Positions 56,843-64,000 of a stretch of 64,000 nt of DNA are shown here, piece after piece. A model generated the notes under the pieces. It was not told where the DNA came from and searched no databases. It saw nothing but the letters and a program-made list of their open reading frames with translations. Source of the stretch: a virus (taxonomy: Duplodnaviria > Caudoviricetes). The DNA lies in the IMG/VR virus record IMGVR_UViG_3300011008_000004, positions 150,258 through 214,257 of that record, one strand, 5' to 3'. Made by a program: the position numbers and the translations under genes. How positions within the stretch are numbered: position 1 is the stretch's first letter; each line of letters starts with the position of its first letter.

Positions 56843-57619
56843 TTAGAATGTCTCATCTTCTATTGTATAAGGCATTCTGCATTTGTGGTATGACAATTTA
56901 TGCATTGCTTCAATTCTATCTATTTTATCTTCAGACAAATTATTAAATAATGGATCATTTATATATTCATCTAATTCATCATATGTAAATCCAAAATTAT
57001 CCTCATCTGTCTTCCCTGTTAAGCCATCACCTGGAGCTTTAACAATAAACTTTTCATCTAATCCAAATTCTTTAGCAAGCTCTGTTCCTATTTCTACTAC
57101 TTCAGACTTAGTCAGATGGGCGATAGGGTTAAGATCGCAACCAAGATCACCAAATTTAGTGCACCAACCTAAATACTTTTCACTAGCGTTGCCAGTTCCA
57201 ATAACTCTATAACCGTAAGTTTGAGCTATCGCATACAATATGGCCATTCTGATTCTAGGTGCTATATTAGTCTTGGATTTTTCGGTAATTTTAAGATCAG
57301 TATTTTTAGCGAATCCGCACCAACCTTCAGGTGTTTCCAAAGCATTAATAACCCCATTAAAAGCACTTTCAATATTAACTATTCGCCAATCTACCTGTAA
57401 ATCATTTGCAATCTTTAGAGAATCTTGAATATCTGCTTGCTCCCCATTAGGCATTAGAATTGCAAATACATTTCTGCCCCAAACTTTCTTAGCGAGCATT
57501 GCAACTACAGTTGAATCCTTACCTCCTGAAAGTCCTAATACTACGCCGTGACAATTAGCTTCTTCTTTATATTTTTCAAGCCAGTCTATAATTCTATTTA
57601 TTTTATTTTGTGTTGTCAT
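56843..57619 (-). CDS. nadE: NH3-dependent NAD+ synthetase
   Basis: GLSGGKDS, NIAPRIRM, GTGNASE, TKFGD; no glutaminase domain. Confidence 0.92.
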   Translation of the reverse strand: MTTQNKINRIIDWLEKYKEEANCHGVVLGLSGGKDSTVVAMLAKKVWGRNVFAILMPNGEQADIQDSLKIANDLQVDWRIVNIESAFNGVINALETPEGWCGFAKNTDLKITEKSKTNIAPRIRMAILYAIAQTYGYRVIGTGNASEKYLGWCTKFGDLGCDLNPIAHLTKSEVVEIGTELAKEFGLDEKFIVKAPGDGLTGKTDEDNFGFTYDELDEYINDPLFNNLSEDKIDRIEAMHKLSYHKCRMPYTIEDETF

Positions 57620-58005
57620 AAAGATTCTATAAAACTCCTTACCTTATCAAATTCTGGACTATAAGGAATAGCCATCACCATCATAGGTCCAGAAGGTGTA
57701 TTATACACTCTTGTGTAATCTTTTAAAATTTCTTTTATATTTACGCATTCTTGACGATCGTAATCTTCAGGTTCACCACAAAAATGTTCTATAGATTCCC
57801 CGCAATTAACGGTTAAATCTCTGCCTACATATGCTGATTTATTGTTTTCAGTATCAGTTAAAAATACAGCATTAAAATAATTTTCTGACGCAAAGTAATT
57901 ACGTATAAATTGCACTAAATCCTTAAAATCATCTGTTTCATGCATTATAGGCATGTCTAATTGCGATTGATCGAATTCTGCGTATGATTGAACTTGGAAT
58001 CTCAT
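57616..58005 (-). CDS. Hypothetical protein inside the NAD operon
   Basis: Overlaps both neighbours (translational coupling). Confidence 0.55.
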   Translation of the reverse strand: MRFQVQSYAEFDQSQLDMPIMHETDDFKDLVQFIRNYFASENYFNAVFLTDTENNKSAYVGRDLTVNCGESIEHFCGEPEDYDRQECVNIKEILKDYTRVYNTPSGPMMVMAIPYSPEFDKVRSFIESL

Positions 58006-59501
58006 TAAAATTCACCTTCCCAAAGTGTGTTTCTAATTTCAGCTAATGAATATTCTTTAATCATCTTACCGTCTTTGAATACAACTTCTAATTGATTGTT
58101 TTTGTCATTAGATGCTTCATTGAAAGATAAACCATCTCTATATGCTAATCTACCATCAACAGCATCTTTCCAAACTACTATACAACCTTTATTAGATTTC
58201 TTAAACGCCATTTCTTTAGGATTTTTAAAGATAGGGATTTCCTTACCATCTTTAGTTTCACAATAAGTTGCTTTAATTGCGAAATTCATAGTATCTCTTG
58301 TGAATGGGTTTAACTTAATAAAACCTGGTTCAATCTCTTGCTCAAATGCTTGCATTGAGAAACTTCCAACACCTAAAGATACATTATTAGCCGCAAATCC
58401 ATTTTCTTCTAAAATTTTATAGATTTTTTCGGCTCTTCTCATTGTGATAGAATCACCATAAATCGCTTTAACATGTTTATCTAAAACTTTATAGCCTTTG
58501 CTGTTGATTGTTCCGCCAAAAATATCCCATAAATGAAAAACAGTTTCAGTTACAATTGTTACAGGATCGCCACTATCACCTCTAACTGAGAAGCAACCAT
58601 TATGATTCATAATTTCTTCTTTACATTGAGGTAAGATATTGTCCACAAGATTCCAATAATCATAACTATCAGAAACCATTGTAAAAGAGTTATTAGGATA
58701 TATTTCAGTAAGAAGTCTCTTTATCATAGTAATTTCGTCACCATCTACCGCGAAATTAGAGCACATTACTGAATGTTCAGTTGAAGGTGCGCCAAATCCA
58801 ACTTCTTCTTTTTCACAATCACAGTTATAGTATTTTTCTAAATAAGAAACGGCAGGTACTGTTGCGGTATTTACAAAAGATAACAACCAAGCTGCAGAAG
58901 ATTTAGTTGCAGATCTCATAGATTCTTGACCACGCATTGCGAAATCTCCAAGAGCTCTTCTATGAGGAACATTATCATCAACAGTCTTATTAAACCACTT
59001 ATCTACAATTTTTCTATATTCTACGCCTACATTCGCAGAAACCATTGCGTGCCACATTTCACAGGAAATAACAGACTCTAATGCATTAGTTAACCAAGCA
59101 AAATCTGGATGTGTGTTAGAAATTTCAAACATAGGAACTTTAAGAGGAACCTTAGTACCTTCTTTAATTGCTTTAATTTCAATAGGTAAATAACCTAAAG
59201 CATGTAAAGCTTCAATCCTCTCGATCCCATATAAGCCTTCACCTAAAGTGTTATCCATAACATGTCTATATTCTTTCACAATATCAACTAAAGGTCTATT
59301 AAAGAAATAGTCATTAAAGTCATCTATTAAAAATTCTTTAATAAAACCTTGAAGACCAAACATAACTACATCATTCCAACCTTCAATTCTTGTTCCACGA
59401 GGAATCCAATAACTTACAACTTTACTTACGTTTTTAGGATATTGATTCCAATGTACTTGTTTGTAAAAATCACTTTCTAATAATGGATTTATATTAAACA
59501 T
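58005..59501 (-). CDS. Nampt/NadV-fold nicotinate/nicotinamide phosphoribosyl (or ADP-ribosyl) transferase
   Basis: SDFYK, DFAMRG, STEHS, VSDSYD, RGDSGDP, YGDSI. Confidence 0.9.
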   Translation of the reverse strand: MFNINPLLESDFYKQVHWNQYPKNVSKVVSYWIPRGTRIEGWNDVVMFGLQGFIKEFLIDDFNDYFFNRPLVDIVKEYRHVMDNTLGEGLYGIERIEALHALGYLPIEIKAIKEGTKVPLKVPMFEISNTHPDFAWLTNALESVISCEMWHAMVSANVGVEYRKIVDKWFNKTVDDNVPHRRALGDFAMRGQESMRSATKSSAAWLLSFVNTATVPAVSYLEKYYNCDCEKEEVGFGAPSTEHSVMCSNFAVDGDEITMIKRLLTEIYPNNSFTMVSDSYDYWNLVDNILPQCKEEIMNHNGCFSVRGDSGDPVTIVTETVFHLWDIFGGTINSKGYKVLDKHVKAIYGDSITMRRAEKIYKILEENGFAANNVSLGVGSFSMQAFEQEIEPGFIKLNPFTRDTMNFAIKATYCETKDGKEIPIFKNPKEMAFKKSNKGCIVVWKDAVDGRLAYRDGLSFNEASNDKNNQLEVVFKDGKMIKEYSLAEIRNTLWEGEF

Positions 59502-59502
59502 T

Positions 59503-59715
59503 TTACACCTCTCTAAATTTTTTTATAATTATAAGTCTACTATTTTCAACATACTCTGGTTGATAACCTTCATAGTCTTGTCTATCTAAGTCTAAGATAC
59601 TGTCTGTTGTATAAACGTGGTCTATATACTTAAATACATCACCTTTAAATATATTACTCTCACAGTGAGAAACTAATAAGTCTATTTGTTCTACACCTTT
59701 TTCTTTGAGAGCTTT
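59503..59715 (-). pseudogene. Displaced original 3' end of the prs-like gene
   Basis: KALKEKGVEQIDLLVSHCESNIFKGDVFKYIDHVYTTDSILDL...*, near-identical to the current prs tail; contains the RBS of the next gene. Confidence 0.85.
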
Positions 59716-60799
59716 ATTTAAGTTTTAAAATTTTATCAAATTCATTTTCATCTGTAAGTATTAGTGTGTTATTTTTTAACATACACGCATATTTTGCAGA
59801 TAGTTTAAGTTTATCTTTTATAATCTGCTCTTCAGTCAATTTTGAAACATATGGGTTTCTTAAACCTATTATTTCATTATTTTCATTATATTCTAATAAA
59901 TGTTTACCTTTACATTCGCATAAAACGCCATTGACTATAAAATCAGGAAAATAAAAATAATTTTTATTATTTGCACTGTATACTATTTTTATCGGTTTTA
60001 TTTCTATATCTAAATTATTTTCTAAACAAAATAAATAAAATTTTAATTCTAACTGGCTATCAAATGATATGCCGTTATAAATAGTTACAGTATGATGCTT
60101 TTTCGCAGCTTCTTCTGACTGCGCATAGCTTCTTACACCATAATGATTTAACATCGTCTCTGCTATTTTCTCAGGATTACACCAATTTTCATCTCCATAT
60201 CTTAGTAACTTCGTCTGTTTAATCTTTTCTTTTATAGTCTCTGATTGGTATACATTTTCAACGCCATACTTATCTAAGTTATTTATTCGCAAAGTTTCTT
60301 TTCTACGTTTTTCCGCATCAACTGTATGGCCATTCTTTTTGCATTTTTCTAACTGAGTAGCAGCTTCAACACCATATTTAATCAACATTGTTTGACGTAT
60401 TTTATCTTTTACAATTTTAGATTGATTAGGGCTTTCAGTGCCATATTTTTGCAAGCAAGTTTTTTTAGTTTTTTCATTTCGACGCTGTTTAGTTTCTTTT
60501 GAATCAAATGTGTGCCTATTAATCTCTTTTTGACATTCTCGCTGCCCTGGATTTATGACACCATACCTTTCTAGGTAAACTTGCTGCTTCAATTTATTTA
60601 TGCAATCTTTTGACCCGCATGTTCTGTCATAGTTTGGGCTATGAAAGGCTTTTTCTTTACCACAAAATGGACATATATTATCTAATTTTAAATACTGATC
60701 AGTATAGCTCTTTCTATCGATATTGTGATCTTTTTTTAAATGTATAGTTAAAAGTCTCTCATTAGTTAATTGCTTCTTACAAATTTTACATTCTACCAT
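59714..60799 (-). CDS. Putative homing endonuclease (Zn finger, KYGVEN repeats, PD-(D/E)xK domain)
   Basis: CKIC..H..H; repeated (K/R)YG; FDSQLE...YFPDF...ECKG. Confidence 0.75.
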   Translation of the reverse strand: MVECKICKKQLTNERLLTIHLKKDHNIDRKSYTDQYLKLDNICPFCGKEKAFHSPNYDRTCGSKDCINKLKQQVYLERYGVINPGQRECQKEINRHTFDSKETKQRRNEKTKKTCLQKYGTESPNQSKIVKDKIRQTMLIKYGVEAATQLEKCKKNGHTVDAEKRRKETLRINNLDKYGVENVYQSETIKEKIKQTKLLRYGDENWCNPEKIAETMLNHYGVRSYAQSEEAAKKHHTVTIYNGISFDSQLELKFYLFCLENNLDIEIKPIKIVYSANNKNYFYFPDFIVNGVLCECKGKHLLEYNENNEIIGLRNPYVSKLTEEQIIKDKLKLSAKYACMLKNNTLILTDENEFDKILKLK

Positions 60800-60886
60800 T
60801 ATATAATAGCTCCTTACTTTATAGTTCTCATGTAATTTAGCTATTCATATAGCACCAAATGTAATAATATCATCAGAATTTAATAT

Positions 60887-61702
60887 TTAATCATACTTTC
60901 TAAATTCTTTTATAACAATTAACTTATTTTTATTTTTTAAATATACTTCATTTTCCTGAGAATCTAACTGTTTTAAATCTAAAATACTATCGGTTGTGTA
61001 TACATGATCTATGCAATCAAAAGCTTCTCCTCTAAAAATGTTATGTTCACAATGGGATATTAGTAGATCTACTTGTTCCACACCGTGCTCTTTTAAAATC
61101 TTAGCAGCTGCTACATGTGTACCAGCATAAGAACAGATATCGTCTATCAGTAATACTTTCTTAGTTCCTTCTTTAAAGTTCATAAGTTCATAATCAGTAA
61201 TTCTACCTTCAGCATTTCTATGTTTATTGCCAATAATACAGTCGCTATTAGCATTATACTTTTTAGCAGCACCATTATCTGGATACATTAAAACTACATC
61301 AAAAGGAATTTGCATGGAGTCTTTTAAGTAAGGATACACTCTTATGCGATCTATAAGCGCTGTAGATACATCTGAATGCGGGTCTAATACTCTTACTTCA
61401 ATAAAATTCATTTCATTTATAAGTTTTGCGAAATATTTAAGAGTAAAGAATCTATTACTTACATTTCTATCTTGACGGGCATGAGGAATATATGGCATAA
61501 TTAACAATATACTAGAATGTTGTCCACACATATCTCTTATTTGATTTACTAAAGTCCATAACGTAAATAATTCAGCATCATTATCATAACACCAAGTTAT
61601 TTCATGCGTAAATCTTTCTTCTATGTCTTCTGGAACCGCCATTTTTAAAGTTCCATCACCAAATTTTTCTTGTTTAATCTCTTTTTCATTGTAAAGTATC
61701 AT
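60887..61702 (-). CDS. Ribose-phosphate pyrophosphokinase-like protein (Prs/Adps-like)
   Basis: PYIPHARQDR, LDPHS, YPDNGA, IDDICSYAGT. Confidence 0.88.
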   Translation of the reverse strand: MILYNEKEIKQEKFGDGTLKMAVPEDIEERFTHEITWCYDNDAELFTLWTLVNQIRDMCGQHSSILLIMPYIPHARQDRNVSNRFFTLKYFAKLINEMNFIEVRVLDPHSDVSTALIDRIRVYPYLKDSMQIPFDVVLMYPDNGAAKKYNANSDCIIGNKHRNAEGRITDYELMNFKEGTKKVLLIDDICSYAGTHVAAAKILKEHGVEQVDLLISHCEHNIFRGEAFDCIDHVYTTDSILDLKQLDSQENEVYLKNKNKLIVIKEFRKYD

Positions 61703-62241
61703 TATAACACCTCTATTTGACAGCTTCTCATAACTTCTAGAGCTGCTTCATGGTTTTCAGGAGTTACACCTGCGCAACATTTAGAATCTACTTTTATAAT
61801 CGCTTCAGGATATAAAGCTTTAAGAATAAGCGCATTAGATACAACGCATATATCTGTACATAATCCTATTAATTCTATTTCTAAATTTTTTGTAGAAAGC
61901 TTTAAGTCATTAAATACATTTTTCCAATCAGTGTAACCAAAACTTTCTTTACTTAAACAGTAATACTCACTTATACCATCTAACGCTTGAATTAGTTCTG
62001 GTTTAATATTGTACCCGTCTGTTCCAACTATACAATGCTTTATAGGTAAATGTTTGCCTTCATTCGTTTCAAGATAGTTATCATAATGTGTATCTTGCGT
62101 AAATAATATTACATCTTTATTTAAGCCATATTCTCTAATTTTAACCCATGCAGGTAAGAGAATGTTCTGTGCTTCTTTAGAACCTAAACTTCCATCTATA
62201 AAGTCATTTTGCATGTCTACCACTATAAGTATTTTATTCAT
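61702..62241 (-). CDS. pncA: Nicotinamidase
   Basis: VDMQNDF, DTH, HC, GLCTDICV; NAD operon context. Confidence 0.85.
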   Translation of the reverse strand: MNKILIVVDMQNDFIDGSLGSKEAQNILLPAWVKIREYGLNKDVILFTQDTHYDNYLETNEGKHLPIKHCIVGTDGYNIKPELIQALDGISEYYCLSKESFGYTDWKNVFNDLKLSTKNLEIELIGLCTDICVVSNALILKALYPEAIIKVDSKCCAGVTPENHEAALEVMRSCQIEVL

Positions 62242-62259
62242 ATTTATTCACCTCTTTAT

Positions 62260-62280
62260 TTGTAATCTTTTTGATTACAA
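62260..62280. promoter_or_regulatory. 21-bp palindromic operator (putative NrtR site) upstream of pncA
   Basis: TTGTAATC-N5-GATTACAA between the TTGTATA motif and the RBS. Confidence 0.75.
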
Positions 62281-62295
62281 TTATTTATACAATAT

Positions 62296-63003
62296 TTATT
62301 TTATTCTGTTATGTTTAATTCTATAAAGTTTACTAGGTCTTTTAGAATATCTATTGGATGTACCTCTAGCTTCTTCTATTAATCCACTATCAATATATTT
62401 TTTGATGTAGTCTCTTTTAAAATTCATTCTAACTAATGGCTTATCTAAAATTGCTTCATAAATTTTTTGTACTTCACCAATAGTGAAAGCTTCATAGTTA
62501 TTTATTAAATTAAATCCAATAGTTGTGTAACTTAATTTACCTTGAATTCTTTTAACGGCATGTTTTATTATTGTTTTGTGATCGAAAGCTAATATGTAGT
62601 TACTATCTATGACGTCTTTAACATTTAATAAATACGATTCATCATTTAATTTTTCTCTTAATAAATCAATAGGAACTAGAGCAAAATACACTACATCTAT
62701 TACTCTTGTTCTTGGATCTCTATCTATATCACCAAAAGTAAATAACTGCTCTAGATACATATCTTGAAGCCCTGTCTTTCTCTCTAAGACACCTATAGCG
62801 TTATTTAATAAAGTTTTATTAAGATCTAAAAATCCGCCAGGAAGAGACAATAAACCTTCAAAAGGTTGTTCGTTTCTATTATATAATAAAACCTTAAGTA
62901 AATTATTTTCAACTGTGAATATAACTACGTCAGTAGTTACAGATGGTCTTTCATATTTATTTACATCATAATTGTCTAAAAACTCTTTATCTGATTTCTT
63001 CAC
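62296..63003 (-). CDS. nrtR: NrtR-like regulator (degenerate Nudix plus winged HTH)
   Basis: YERPSVTTDVVIF, LEQLFTFG..DRDPRTRVI, LAFDH, FTIGEVQKIYEAIL...RPSKLY; Nudix-box glutamates lost. Confidence 0.85.
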   Translation of the reverse strand: MKKSDKEFLDNYDVNKYERPSVTTDVVIFTVENNLLKVLLYNRNEQPFEGLLSLPGGFLDLNKTLLNNAIGVLERKTGLQDMYLEQLFTFGDIDRDPRTRVIDVVYFALVPIDLLREKLNDESYLLNVKDVIDSNYILAFDHKTIIKHAVKRIQGKLSYTTIGFNLINNYEAFTIGEVQKIYEAILDKPLVRMNFKRDYIKKYIDSGLIEEARGTSNRYSKRPSKLYRIKHNRIK

Positions 63004-63039
63004 TACTAATCTCCTTAACTTATATAGTTTAGCTTGTAT

Positions 63040-63060
63040 TTGTAATCATTTTGATTACAA
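63040..63060. promoter_or_regulatory. 21-bp palindromic operator upstream of nrtR
   Basis: TTGTAATC-N5-GATTACAA, arms identical to 62260-62280. Confidence 0.75.
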
Positions 63061-63082
63061 TCTTTATTTTATATACAAATAT

Positions 63083-63130
63083 ATTATAACAAAACGCAAA
63101 AAAGAAGTCAACTAAATTGTTGACTTCTTT
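63083..63130 (-). promoter_or_regulatory. Terminator/-35 composite (TTGACT-17-TATAAT) driving nrtR
   Basis: AAAGAAGTCAAC/GTTGACTTCTTT stem. Confidence 0.8.
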
Positions 63131-63151
63131 AAAATTATTTAATTAAGTATT

Positions 63152-64000
63152 TTACTTTACCTTTTCATTTAATACTTTAGTCTTATTGAGTTTTGCTTTT
63201 TCTTCTGCTAAGATAGTTTCATATCTCGCTTCATAACGAGCTTTTAATCTCATACGTTTTTCAAGATTCTTCTTTTTCTTAGCTTGAAGTCTTGCAGCCT
63301 CTTCAATAGCTTTTTCTTTAGCAAGTTTTTCGGCTTTTTCTCTATCGTTTTGAGCTTTAATAACTCGTTTAATATCGCTCTTAAAACCTTTACCGCATAC
63401 CTTTTTAAGAATACACTTTTCAATGCCAATTTCTAAGTCAAATTCGTCACCTGCAGTACACTTCACTGAATACTGTGTATTATCATTGAAATAGACTGTG
63501 ACAATCTTATTATTTTCATCTACAATATATTTCTTAATAGTTGGAATTGACTTCTTTAGTTGAACACTAAAACTAAAACCTTCACAAGTATTTTCACCCA
63601 TATTACTTAAACCATCCTTTTGTGTTGATATATTAACACCATTTATTTTTACCTTTGATATTTTATTTAAATCTTCTGTTGTAAGATACGTCGAAATTAC
63701 ATTTGCATCTGAATTCATCTTTGTACTAAACGTATCTTTTAAATAATTACGATTTACTATATCATCGCATGTTACACATCTTTTGCGTCTAACATCTCCT
63801 GCTATATCTAATTCAAATAGTTTAGATGAATTATATATGTCTTCTCTTAATTTCTTTACATAAGGTATCGAAATCGAATCAGTTGCTACGAATGTAATCT
63901 TTGAACACTGCGTAGAATATAATTCTGTAAATGAATTCTTCATATAGATATCTGATTTAATAACTTCTAATTCTAGTATCGGCGCTGATTCAAATGGCGA
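63152..64000 (-). CDS. Conserved phage hypothetical protein (frame open to the window edge)
   Basis: VTVYFND..SVKC..GDEFDLEIG motif plus coiled-coil tail. Confidence 0.55.
   Translation of the reverse strand, partial: SPFESAPILELEVIKSDIYMKNSFTELYSTQCSKITFVATDSISIPYVKKLREDIYNSSKLFELDIAGDVRRKRCVTCDDIVNRNYLKDTFSTKMNSDANVISTYLTTEDLNKISKVKINGVNISTQKDGLSNMGENTCEGFSFSVQLKKSIPTIKKYIVDENNKIVTVYFNDNTQYSVKCTAGDEFDLEIGIEKCILKKVCGKGFKSDIKRVIKAQNDREKAEKLAKEKAIEEAARLQAKKKKNLEKRMRLKARYEARYETILAEEKAKLNKTKVLNEKVK

Noticed and set aside
42877-57618. TGA recoding in addition to TAG
   Set aside because: TGA ends many genes at ATGA-type overlaps with the next start and does not interrupt conserved domains
1982-59954. 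Plus-strand ORFs in the track, and nested minus-strand ORF 17315..17524
   Set aside because: They are shadows of longer minus-strand genes, with no RBS or recognisable motifs
32333-60886. Group I introns or inteins housing the endonucleases
   Set aside because: The upstream genes are complete with their own stops, and the flanks are too short for a ribozyme core

Overview
This is a 64-kb segment of a very AT-rich large tailed phage genome with a T4-like portal and terminase; essentially all genes lie on the minus strand. The host is probably a gut/rumen Bacillota-type organism (inference). The phage uses an alternative genetic code (TAG = Gln, code 15): the fragmented ORFs in the supplied track join in-frame across TAG codons into complete genes, and internal repeats align TAG with Gln. 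TAG codons occur in virion/late blocks (about 1-29.4 kb and 40.7-52.4 kb) and are absent from the metabolic blocks, except in one homing endonuclease. Content, in order: portal, terminase, holin-like genes, collagen-like and other fibre proteins, a GT2-TPR glycosyltransferase, acidic proteins rich in L-x-E putative prohead-protease sites, bS21, tRNA/RNA-end enzymes (CCA-adding, Thg1, PNK-HD, phosphoesterase, NTases), an AAA+/vWA pair, a solo TnpB element, BspA-type LRR paralogues, ThyX, and an NAD salvage operon with an NrtR-like regulator. Top observations: (1) a 98-nt tRNA gene with two tandem 23-nt anticodon modules (CUA amber and UUG Gln); removing either leaves a canonical 75-nt tRNA. (2) An NrtR-like regulator with two 21-bp operators heading a pncA-prs-nampt-like-nadE cluster whose transferase appears to lack the nicotinamide-selecting Asp, suggesting an inducible, deamidated NAD-reconstitution pathway. 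(3) Three homing endonucleases that each replaced the 3' end of their target gene. All calls come from manual reading; no database searches were run.
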